Below, in pieces: positions 36,408 through 44,885 of a stretch of DNA of 64,000 bases. The stretch covers positions 3,346 to 67,345 of the forward strand of contig JACIWA010000007.1 in assembly GCA_014361195.1 (NCBI GenBank), in the 5' to 3' direction. Source of the DNA: Thermoplasmatales archaeon (GTDB taxonomy: Archaea > Thermoplasmatota > E2 > UBA202 > JdFR-43). The position numbers and the translations under genes are program-made. The notes beneath the pieces were generated by a model. That model worked only from the letters and a program-made list of their open reading frames with translations, made no database searches and was not told where the DNA came from. Positions within the stretch are counted from its first letter, which is position 1. Every line of letters begins with the position of its first letter.

Positions 36408-37397
36408 ATGGATTGTATGCCGGAAGAAATCATTGACTTTGAGCGATTTTTCAAGGATACGCAAGCGGAAATAAGAAAGGAAATTGAGAGAAGGTTTAAT
36501 GATGAAGATATAAGATATTCATTGCTCGGTGGAAAACTACTTCGTCCTGTAATGCTTATCTTATCATTTAAAGCATGCAATGGAAAAAAAGAAAAATATA
36601 AGAAAGCAATTGAAAGTGCTATAGGAGTTGAGCTTGCCCATTCCGCTTCCTTAATTCATGATGATATTATGGATGGTGATATGGAAAGGAGAGGAAAGCC
36701 CGCCCTTCATACAATTAAAGGAATAGGACCCGCAATACTTATAGGGCATAAAATGATAAATGAAGCATTCAGAATCTCTCTTGAGCATGGAGAAAACAAT
36801 GCAAAAATATTTCTGGATACCTGGAATGAAACGCTAAACGGGCAACTAAAGGATATAGATTTTACTTCTCATATAGAAAATTTACTCATGAGCGGAAGGC
36901 CGGAAAATTTACTCGAAGAATATTTCAAAATAATAGAGATGAAGACCGCCTCCCTGTTTGCTGCCGCCTGCAGGGCGGGGGCAATAGAGGCAAACTCGGA
37001 GGAGGAAGTGATTATGCTCATGAAGGAGTATGGGAAAGAGGTTGGTATTGCTTATCAGCTTGCGGATGACTTGGTTGATATTGTTGAAGGGAAGAAGATA
37101 GAGGAAGGAATAATAATGCCGATAGTAAGAATGTATGGAAAGAATGTTGATAAAAGAATTCTGGAAAACATAAAGGTAGAGGGAAAAAAGCTTATAGAAG
37201 AAATGCTCAGCAAGAGGGGAAAGAGTATAAAGGGGATATATGAGGAAGAGATAAACAAGCACATCAAGAAAGCGGTTGAGCTCGCATCCTCTCCTATGCT
37301 TGAAGAAACAATTTATAAGAAATTACTCAAGGGGGCGCCATTTTATATTGTAAATGAAATGATAAAAGAAATCGGGATGAGGATAGAATGGGAATAG
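36408..37397 (+). CDS. idsA: Polyprenyl (geranylgeranyl) diphosphate synthase
   Basis: First Asp-rich motif LIHDDIMDGD and second motif YQLADDLVD. Confidence 0.9.
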   Translation: MDCMPEEIIDFERFFKDTQAEIRKEIERRFNDEDIRYSLLGGKLLRPVMLILSFKACNGKKEKYKKAIESAIGVELAHSASLIHDDIMDGDMERRGKPALHTIKGIGPAILIGHKMINEAFRISLEHGENNAKIFLDTWNETLNGQLKDIDFTSHIENLLMSGRPENLLEEYFKIIEMKTASLFAAACRAGAIEANSEEEVIMLMKEYGKEVGIAYQLADDLVDIVEGKKIEEGIIMPIVRMYGKNVDKRILENIKVEGKKLIEEMLSKRGKSIKGIYEEEINKHIKKAVELASSPMLEETIYKKLLKGAPFYIVNEMIKEIGMRIEWE

Positions 37398-38050
37398 AGA
37401 AAAAGGGAATGCTTTCTCCATTTACAATATTTACATGCATAATTACGGGTGGATTTTTCCCCTTACTCGGCTCTTTCTTTTATTCCCTTTTTAATGAAAA
37501 AATATACTGGGAGGGAGTTATATTAACAAGTGTTGGTGGCTTCATTGCCCACTATTTTCTTGCACATACAATTCATGATTTAATTCATCTAAAAATTGAA
37601 AAAAGAGTGACAACAAGTGAAAGAACTCTTAAAATTCTCTTTGTAATATCCGCAATAATTCTTCTTTCAATAGCAATATATCTTGCATATTATTCAGGAT
37701 GGCCTGTAATTGTTTTTTCAATAATTGGAGCAATAACATGCTTATATGCGGAAGGGCTTATACATCATGAATCGCAGATGGCATTTGGTGCAATGTTTCT
37801 TGTAATCGGCTCTTTCTATGTCCAGTATGGTTATTTTAATAAGCATTTCAGCGTCTCAATCCCGCAAAAAGCATGGATTGAAGTAGTTTTACTTTCTCTC
37901 TTTGCATTTTTCAGCCAATATGGATGGCTACTTTTCTATAGAATAGACGATTACGGTTGGAGTGTTAGGAAGAAAAATGAAAGCATATTAATAACAAAAA
38001 TTGGATTAATATTTCTAGTTCTTTTATTCTTTATTCATTCCATTCTTTAG
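37388..38050 (+). CDS. Hypothetical polytopic membrane protein, translationally coupled to GGPP synthase
   Basis: 10-nt overlap with idsA. About 6-7 hydrophobic helices. His-rich segment HYFLAHTIHDLIH. No canonical UbiA Asp motifs. Confidence 0.5.
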   Translation: MGIEKKGMLSPFTIFTCIITGGFFPLLGSFFYSLFNEKIYWEGVILTSVGGFIAHYFLAHTIHDLIHLKIEKRVTTSERTLKILFVISAIILLSIAIYLAYYSGWPVIVFSIIGAITCLYAEGLIHHESQMAFGAMFLVIGSFYVQYGYFNKHFSVSIPQKAWIEVVLLSLFAFFSQYGWLLFYRIDDYGWSVRKKNESILITKIGLIFLVLLFFIHSIL

Positions 38051-38068
38051 ATATATTCTGCTTTATAG

Positions 38069-38251
38069 CTATATCTTATTCGCTTTCATTACTTTATTCC
38101 AGCAATCCTTGCATAAAGGCAATCTTTTAACAGAGCAACAAGCCCTGTAATTCAGATAATTTGCATCCTTTTCTTCTATTTCCTTCCCGCATCCGTCACA
38201 TTTCATTTTATCCGTCTTTATGAAAGATTTTGTTAATTTAAATTTTGTCAA
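38069..38251 (-). CDS. Small zinc-ribbon protein (hypothetical)
   Basis: CDGC...CKDC four-Cys pattern in 60 aa. It could start at the internal MKCDGCG. Confidence 0.4.
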   Translation of the reverse strand: MTKFKLTKSFIKTDKMKCDGCGKEIEEKDANYLNYRACCSVKRLPLCKDCWNKVMKANKI

Positions 38252-38400
38252 AAATGTACCATCTTATAAACCCTGTTAAACACTTTTTATTCAGAGAAAT
38301 ATGAAGAGATGAATATTGCTCGCTTACCAATTTCTAACTCTGGGTAAAGCATTTTATTCTATCAGAAGGAGCAATCCTAGAAAAGATTAATCTGTTTTTT

Positions 38401-38963
38401 CTATAATTTATTTTTCAAATCTTTTTCAATCATTTCCTTTATTTCATCCTTGCCAGCTACTCTTCCCATTATTTTTATTTCTCCATCTATTGCTATTGCA
38501 GGCGTTGCCATTACTCCGCGGGCTGTTATTTCCCCTATATCTTCTATTTTCACAATTTCTATGTCTTCTCTTTTAATTTCCTCCACCGCTTCTTTAACTC
38601 TTTTTTCAAGCAATTTTAGCATTTCTCTACCTTCTTCAGTTAATGAATATATTGTAAAATTTCCAATTTTTTTGCCTTTACAATTCCTTCCTCCTTTAAT
38701 TTTGAAATATGATATGAGCATTTTGAATAAGGGGAATTAGTTAATTTTGCAAGCATGCAAACACACATCCTCTGTTTATCGAGAACATAAATTATTTTTA
38801 ATCTTTTTTCATTTGCTATTGTTTTTATAAAACTAACAAACCTCTTGCTAATTTTTTTCTCAACCATTGAAGCAATTTTCTCAAATCCTCCTTTTTTATT
38901 CACTTCTTTCTTAATTTTTTCAGGAATTTCAATCATATTCATCATTTTATTCAACCTATTCAA
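38401..38963 (-). CDS. ArsR/SmtB-family regulator fused to a Cys-less thioredoxin_3-like domain; interrupted by a -1 frameshift at an A7 run
   Basis: ORF 38640-38963 carries the HTH with the CVC motif (RMCVCMLAKL...SYHISKLKEEGIVKAKK). ORF 38401-38721 continues with the wing IGNFTIYSLTEEG and then GVMATPAIAIDGEIKIMGRV. The frames join by -1 at A7 (38667-38673). Confidence 0.7.
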
Positions 38964-39994
38964 CTTATCACCCCAAATATATATCCAATTAAAGTAGATA
39001 AAGCAACAACAAGAGAAATATAAACGAATGTTTTCTTCACCCCGATAATCCTTGAAAGAACAACCATACTTGGCAAGCTTACAGATGGACCAGAAAGAAG
39101 TAAAGAGAGTGCGGGACCAGAACCAATCATTCCTGAGCTATAGCCAAATAAATCATTTAAAATAGGCACTTCAAGGAGTGTTGGCATATAAAGTAATGCT
39201 CCTATTATTGATGCAATAAAACAGCTATAAATGCTATTGCTTCCCACATAATTTTTAACAAGCGTGCCAACCGCTATATCTGGCTTTTCTCCAGTATATT
39301 GAGAAGCTATTCCTCCTATGATTCCGACTAAAAATACTCCCACAATTAAAACAGGAAAAATCTTTTTTACAAGCCACCATGTCTCATATCCCCAGTTTTT
39401 AACCTCCTCCTTCTCATAATAAAAAATCAAAGCGTAGGAAATTAAAATTGTAAGCAAATATATTACAGGAAATTTTATATACCAACTGGCGGGGAATGTT
39501 GCCATGATCAAGATTAAAATAAGAGCCACGAAGACAAAAATTTTATCCCATCTTTTCCTTCCCTTATACTCATGACTACTACTTATCTCTCTTTCATCTG
39601 AAAAATCATGCGGAATCGAAAAAATTGCTCGGGCAATTCCTATATCAAAGCCAAGAACTCTGGCAGTAAAAACTATCGCAAGCACATTTATCGCGGGGCC
39701 CGAATAAAGAAACGCCACCGCGGGCCCGATTCCCCCGCCTCGCCTGTATATGCCAGAGAAGATTGGCAAAATTGTGCAACTGCAAACCGCTAATATAGCG
39801 CCTGAAACAGATGCAATAGGGTATGAAATATACTTTTTTGTTTTTGAACCAAAATATCTTAAAATGCTTTCCTTTGATATGAATGCGGATATTGCACCCG
39901 CAATGAAAAAAGCGGGAATTAGGCAAGTCAATACATGCTCAGAAAGATAACCTGCTAACGCATCTAACCCAGCCATTAATATTTCATAAATCAT
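38960..39994 (-). CDS. ArsP-like permease (COG0701/DUF318 family)
   Basis: Polytopic membrane protein with the ILAVCSCTILPIF Cys motif typical of this permease family. 4-nt overlap with the ArsR gene. Confidence 0.75.
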   Translation of the reverse strand: MIYEILMAGLDALAGYLSEHVLTCLIPAFFIAGAISAFISKESILRYFGSKTKKYISYPIASVSGAILAVCSCTILPIFSGIYRRGGGIGPAVAFLYSGPAINVLAIVFTARVLGFDIGIARAIFSIPHDFSDEREISSSHEYKGRKRWDKIFVFVALILILIMATFPASWYIKFPVIYLLTILISYALIFYYEKEEVKNWGYETWWLVKKIFPVLIVGVFLVGIIGGIASQYTGEKPDIAVGTLVKNYVGSNSIYSCFIASIIGALLYMPTLLEVPILNDLFGYSSGMIGSGPALSLLLSGPSVSLPSMVVLSRIIGVKKTFVYISLVVALSTLIGYIFGVIS

Positions 39995-40004
39995 ATTATT
40001 ATAT

Positions 40005-40026
40005 TATTTCAAATTTTTTTGAAATA
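40005..40026. promoter_or_regulatory. Perfect 9-4-9 palindrome, candidate operator in divergent promoter region
   Basis: TATTTCAAA-TTTT-TTTGAAATA lies 11 nt upstream of the permease start codon (39994, minus strand) and 65 nt upstream of the NSS transporter ATG. Confidence 0.35.
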
Positions 40027-40090
40027 TCAAATTAAAGAATTATATAAATTTTGTTATGCCAAATTTTTTAAATTAAGAAACAATAAAGGC

Positions 40091-41374
40091 ATGGAAAGAT
40101 GGTCATCTAAGCTCGGTTTTGTTCTAGCAGCAATTGGCTCTGCAGTTGGTATTGGGAATATATGGCGTTTTCCATCTGTTGTTGGGCAGAATGGAGGAGG
40201 TGGTTTTCTTTTTCCTTATCTTATTGCTGTTTTTATGTTTGCCCTTCCTCTTATGATACTCGAACTGGCTATAGGAAGAGGACTAAGAAGGAATGTTGTT
40301 TCATCCTTTGAAATATTAGGGAGAAAATATATGGCTGTTGGGTGGGCAATATGGCTTATGGTTTTGATGATTCTAAGTTATTATTTGGTTATAACAGGAT
40401 GGACACTTGGATATTTTATTTTTTCATTGTCTGGTATAAATATTTCATTTGATAGTTTTATTTCATCATATCAACCTATTGTGTATTTCTTCTTATCCGC
40501 AGTCATAGTTGGCGTAATTATCTCTATAGGAGTAAGAAAAGGAATTGAAAAAATTGTAAAATTTATGATGCCATTTTCTATAATAATATTACTTCTACTG
40601 GCCTTTTACTCTCTAACCCTCTCAGGTTTTATGGAAGGAATCAGATTTCTTTTTAGACCAGATTTTAGTGTTTTAAAAAATCCTCTCGTATGGGCCTCCG
40701 CTTTTGGACAGGCATTTTTTTCACTTTCGGTGGGTTTCGGAATTCTTATTACTTACGGAAGCTATATGGACAAAAACACTAATATACCTTCTTCTTCCAT
40801 CATAATAACTCTTGCAGACCTTTCCATTGCAATTTTAGCAGGATTTGTTATATTTCCAATTGTGTTCACATATGGATTGCATCCAGGTGTGGGAGCGGAA
40901 CTCGCCTTTTCTACTCTTCCGAAAGGTTTTGAAATGATGCCTTTTGGTCAACTGATGTCTGCATTATTTTTCCTCACTCTATTCTTTGTGGCTATTACTT
41001 CAGCAATTGCAATGATGGAAATGAATTCTTCTGTAATAATTGAACGCAAAAAAATATCAAGAAAGAAAGCAAGTTTTATCTTAACAATTTTTGTAATTAT
41101 TCTTGGTTTACCATCCGCTATGAGTTATAGCAATCTCAATATAAATTTCCATGGTGATAGAATCCTGGATATTATGGATAAAACAATAGGTACGTTAGCA
41201 CTCCCATTATCTGGTTTGATGATTGCCCTTATTTTTGGCTGGTTTTTTAAAAAAGAAATTTTAAAGGAAGAGTTAAATTCTAATTACTGGTTTTTATTTG
41301 TTAGTTTGGTTACTAAATTTATCCCTATTATTCTTTTTGTAAATATTATTTTTACAATTTTACAGATTTTTTAG
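40091..41374 (+). CDS. Sodium:neurotransmitter symporter (NSS/SNF) family transporter
   Basis: WSSKLGFVLAAIGSAVGIGNIWRFP is the NSS signature. Start chosen at MERWSSK (40091). Confidence 0.9.
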   Translation: MERWSSKLGFVLAAIGSAVGIGNIWRFPSVVGQNGGGGFLFPYLIAVFMFALPLMILELAIGRGLRRNVVSSFEILGRKYMAVGWAIWLMVLMILSYYLVITGWTLGYFIFSLSGINISFDSFISSYQPIVYFFLSAVIVGVIISIGVRKGIEKIVKFMMPFSIIILLLLAFYSLTLSGFMEGIRFLFRPDFSVLKNPLVWASAFGQAFFSLSVGFGILITYGSYMDKNTNIPSSSIIITLADLSIAILAGFVIFPIVFTYGLHPGVGAELAFSTLPKGFEMMPFGQLMSALFFLTLFFVAITSAIAMMEMNSSVIIERKKISRKKASFILTIFVIILGLPSAMSYSNLNINFHGDRILDIMDKTIGTLALPLSGLMIALIFGWFFKKEILKEELNSNYWFLFVSLVTKFIPIILFVNIIFTILQIF

Positions 41375-41411
41375 CATCCCAAAAAATATATATTTTTTAT
41401 CTTATCCTTTT

Positions 41412-42947
41412 GTGCATTGGGCGGATATAGTGGCGGAAAAACTCTATGAGCAGAAAAGAGAGCATGTTTTAGCTACCGCTATAACTCCTTCTGGGCCGAT
41501 TCATGTTGGAAATTTAAGAGAAGTGCTTACAACAGAGGCGGTTTATAGAGCACTAAAGGAGAGGGGAGGAAATGCAAAGCTTATATACATAGGAGATACC
41601 TTCGACCCTTTAAGAAAAGTTTATCCTTTCTTGCCCGAGGATTATGAAAAATATGTAGGGATGCCTTTATCAGAAATTCCATGTCCCTGCAACGGGCATG
41701 CCAGCTATGCCCATCATTTCCTTGAGCCATTTCTTGAGAGTATAGAAAAATTGGGAATTAAGCCAGTAATATATTATGCACATGAGCTCTATGGAAAAGG
41801 TGTTTATAATGATGCAATAAAAACATCTCTTGAAAATTCGGAAAAAATAAGAGGTATTTTATCAAGCATATCTGGCAGAGATTTGCCCCCCTCTTGGGCG
41901 CCGGTGAATATAAAATGCGAGAGATGTAAAAAACTTGCGGGAGAATTAACTTCTTATGATCATCCTGATTTAAGCTACAAATGCAAATCCTGTGGCTATG
42001 AAGGTGTTCATGATGTAAGGAAAGGAGGAATTGCAAAGCTTCCATGGCGAATTGACTGGCCTGCGAGATGGAAAATTTTTGGAGTAACTTTTGAGGCATT
42101 TGGAAAGGATCATGCTGCTGCTGGTAGCTCCTGGGATACAGGTAAGGTAATTTCAAAGGAAGTTTTTGGATACGAGCCGCCGATGCCCCTTGTTTATGAA
42201 TTCATAAATTTAAAGGGAAAGGGGGCGATGCATGGCTCAACAGGCATAGCAATATCTGCGGAAGAAGCGCTAAAAATCATTCCACCTGAAGCCTTTCGTT
42301 TCCTCTTTATGAAATACGAGCCACATCGTCATATAGATTTCGATGCTACATATGGAATTATCAATCTTATGGATGAATATGATAAATATGAAAAAGCATA
42401 TTTTGAGGGAGAAGGCGAGTTTAAGGAATTCAAAAGAGTTTATGAGCTTTCCCAGCCATATGAAATTGCAAAAAGAAAGCCAATTACAATACCCTATTTA
42501 CATCTTGCAATTGTTGCACAGATAGGAAAAAATTTTGAGGAAGTTGTTGAAATACTGAAAAGAAAACATGATTTGCGGGAATTTGATCTGGAAAGATTGA
42601 AGGAGAGATATGAAAAAATAAGTTATTGGCTCAAAAAATATGCTCCAGATGAGATAAAATTTGAGCTTGTAGAAAATTATCCAAGTTTAGAGCTGAGTGA
42701 TGAGGATAAAAAATTTTTAGATGCATTGATTAAAAATTTTGAAACCTTAGAATGGGAAGCAGAAAAAATACATTCCATGATTCATGAAACCGCAAAAAAT
42801 AACAATTTTTCAGCAAGAAGAGCATTTGAGCTGATATATTTAATAACACTCGCAAAAACAAGAGGGCCGAGGGCTGGCTATTTCCTCCAGTCTCTTGGAA
42901 AAGAATTTATATTAAACAGGATGAAAAACTATTTAAATATTGCATAG
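41412..42947 (+). CDS. lysK: Lysyl-tRNA synthetase, class I (GTG start)
   Basis: (M)HWADIVAEK start, PSGPIHVGNLRE (HIGH-type) motif and a Zn-binding CERC...CKSC insertion typical of archaeal class I LysRS. Confidence 0.92.
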   Translation: MHWADIVAEKLYEQKREHVLATAITPSGPIHVGNLREVLTTEAVYRALKERGGNAKLIYIGDTFDPLRKVYPFLPEDYEKYVGMPLSEIPCPCNGHASYAHHFLEPFLESIEKLGIKPVIYYAHELYGKGVYNDAIKTSLENSEKIRGILSSISGRDLPPSWAPVNIKCERCKKLAGELTSYDHPDLSYKCKSCGYEGVHDVRKGGIAKLPWRIDWPARWKIFGVTFEAFGKDHAAAGSSWDTGKVISKEVFGYEPPMPLVYEFINLKGKGAMHGSTGIAISAEEALKIIPPEAFRFLFMKYEPHRHIDFDATYGIINLMDEYDKYEKAYFEGEGEFKEFKRVYELSQPYEIAKRKPITIPYLHLAIVAQIGKNFEEVVEILKRKHDLREFDLERLKERYEKISYWLKKYAPDEIKFELVENYPSLELSDEDKKFLDALIKNFETLEWEAEKIHSMIHETAKNNNFSARRAFELIYLITLAKTRGPRAGYFLQSLGKEFILNRMKNYLNIA

Positions 42948-43558
42948 GGTATTTCAAAGCATTCTTCATTTATAATGCGAAAGGCCCTCGCCTCCTTATT
43001 AATCGGGTCAATGACAATTGATGCATGAAATCTTTTATTAAAATAATTTTTTTGAGTATCTAAATCAGTGCCTGACATAAATGAGGAATAGCCTGGGTGG
43101 GAGTGATACCATCCAACTATTATATAATCTCCTTTTATCTCGTCTAATTTATCAAAAATTTCTCCAAATGCATCTCTTTTGAATTTTACATTAAATGAGG
43201 AAGAATCGAGAGGGGCGGTTATTATATCAAATGCAATAGTATATTCCTCCTCCCAGTAAAATAAATCACCTATTATGAATCCCATCGCCTCTTTTTCTTC
43301 TTTTGCCATTTCATATGAATGAAAAACCATTTTCTTGAATGCCTCATTTTTTATGTAAAAGTTTAATTCATCCAGAAAAGGATAATCAAATTGCTTCTCA
43401 TTCCTGCTAAATCCTATTTCTTCTAAATTTCTCTCCCTATATATTTCCCCAATTAGCCTTTTTATATCATCTTTCGGATAATGAAATAATATCTGTGATG
43501 GAGGCGGAGCTATCTTCCTCTCTTTCTTTTCTTCTCTTTCTATTTTAACCATCTTCAT
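42929..43558 (-). CDS. JAMM/MPN+ metalloprotease (Rpn11/desampylase-like)
   Basis: Complete JAMM motif: Glu in EEKEAMGFIIG, then GWYHSHPGYSSFMSGTDL (HxHx7Sx2D). 14-nt overlap with the E2 gene. Confidence 0.9.
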   Translation of the reverse strand: MKMVKIEREEKKERKIAPPPSQILFHYPKDDIKRLIGEIYRERNLEEIGFSRNEKQFDYPFLDELNFYIKNEAFKKMVFHSYEMAKEEKEAMGFIIGDLFYWEEEYTIAFDIITAPLDSSSFNVKFKRDAFGEIFDKLDEIKGDYIIVGWYHSHPGYSSFMSGTDLDTQKNYFNKRFHASIVIDPINKEARAFRIINEECFEIPYAIFK

Positions 43559-44051
43559 CTATTATTCTAGGCCTGCTTCTTATTTGCTGTGGAACAAATG
43601 GATTTTTGTTGAAATATTCTGCAGCTCTTGTGCATGTATCGCTTTCAAAAGGATTTTTAGGATTTGGATAAGAGAGCAATGTTTCTATACCTTTTATAAA
43701 TGCAAGAAGGTTTGATTTTATCGACCAGTTATCAAGCAATTTTGTGCATACATATCCTCCTTCTTCCGGTGGCATTATATTTGGATGAAATATTTCGCTT
43801 TTCCACCTTACAATTGGAGTTTGGTATGGATAATCAGGAGTTATTATTATCTTCAATTTATGGTTGTATTTTGTTAAAATTTTTCCATCGCTGAGAACAG
43901 GGCCAGGTGTATTTACAAGTGTAACATTTATTTCAATTGGCAATTTATTTAAATTTTCATCTGATAGAACAAAGTGGTGGGCGGTCTTTTTTCTGCATTC
44001 CGCAATCTCATTTTTAATTCTCTTTATCAATATCTCCTTTGGTAGGGGCAT
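43545..44051 (-). CDS. Ubiquitin-conjugating enzyme (E2/UBC fold) homologue
   Basis: PDYPYQTPIVRWKSEIFHPNIMPPEEGGYVCTKLLDNWS...LLSYPNPKNP shows the YP..P, HPN triad, catalytic Cys102 (codon 43746-43748), the conserved W and the LL..PNP..P pattern of canonical E2s. Confidence 0.85.
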   Translation of the reverse strand: MPLPKEILIKRIKNEIAECRKKTAHHFVLSDENLNKLPIEINVTLVNTPGPVLSDGKILTKYNHKLKIIITPDYPYQTPIVRWKSEIFHPNIMPPEEGGYVCTKLLDNWSIKSNLLAFIKGIETLLSYPNPKNPFESDTCTRAAEYFNKNPFVPQQIRSRPRIIDEDG

Positions 44052-44284
44052 TTTCCTCCAACAGGATCAGGTATAAGCTCAATCATATCCCCATCTTGCA
44101 GGAGCGCTTCTTCAACAGTTAATTCTGCTTGAAGAATTTTCTTTCCTATTCTCAAAACATATGCCCCGGGATTTTTCTTCCAATAATTTGCTGCCTCCTC
44201 TATAATTTCCTCTATAGTATTTTCCTTATTTACATCCATTTTAAGTTTATTTCCGGTTTCAACATCTTTAACAACTATTTTCAT
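44027..44284 (-). CDS. Ubiquitin-like beta-grasp protein precursor (diglycine followed by 8-aa tail)
   Basis: MKIVVKDVETGNKLKMDVNKENTIEEI...LRIGKKILQAELTVEEALLQDGDMIELIPDPVGG-KCPYQRRY lines up with the ubiquitin pattern MQIFVK..G+...+V....TIE...G+.L.....L.......+.L. GG is at residues 76-77. Confidence 0.75.
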   Translation of the reverse strand: MKIVVKDVETGNKLKMDVNKENTIEEIIEEAANYWKKNPGAYVLRIGKKILQAELTVEEALLQDGDMIELIPDPVGGKCPYQRRY

Positions 44285-44297
44285 CTCTTTTAATTTT

Positions 44298-44885
44298 TTA
44301 AAAATTTATAAATTTTTCCACAATCTCCATTGTAGCTTCTCTCAATTTCTCCGCTTCCCTTCCCATTTCATCAATTTTTCTCCTCATTTCACTTTTGTAA
44401 ATTTGATCTTCAATGCAAGAAAGATTTATTTTTACATTCAAGATTGCTGAATTAAAAGAGGCATTTGCAAAAAGCATCGCAACTCCCGCATCACTTATCG
44501 AATTTTTATTCCCTTTCTCCGCAATTTCCCTTATTTCCCTCATTAAAATGAAGCATTTCTCAGCGGTTTTTGCTGGAACCTCACAAGCTTTCTTATATGC
44601 TTCCTCAATTCCCTTTTTTTCCCTTATTGCCTTAATGACTTCATTGAAAGCATTTGCATCTTCCTCAACAAGCAAGAGAAATTCCTTCCTCATGTTTTTC
44701 AATTCATAAAGCCTCGCTTTCATTTCTTCCTCAACGCTTTCATACTTCTTTTTCCCTATGGTAAGATTGCAGACCATCTCCGCCAGCCCGCATGCAATTG
44801 CCCCACCAAGCGCGGACGCACTGCCTCCTCCTGGAGCGGGAGAAGCACTTGCCAGTTCCTCAAGAAATTCTTCCATGCCCTTCAT
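44298..44885 (-). CDS. Formiminotetrahydrofolate cyclodeaminase (FTCD C-terminal domain family)
   Basis: LASASPAPGGGSASALGGAIACGLAEMV is the family signature. 4-nt overlap with the upstream transferase gene. Confidence 0.85.
   Translation of the reverse strand: MKGMEEFLEELASASPAPGGGSASALGGAIACGLAEMVCNLTIGKKKYESVEEEMKARLYELKNMRKEFLLLVEEDANAFNEVIKAIREKKGIEEAYKKACEVPAKTAEKCFILMREIREIAEKGNKNSISDAGVAMLFANASFNSAILNVKINLSCIEDQIYKSEMRRKIDEMGREAEKLREATMEIVEKFINF

Noticed and set aside
36389-36580. 63-aa minus-strand ORF overlapping the idsA start
   Set aside because: It is antisense to the start of the GGPP synthase gene, with no support.
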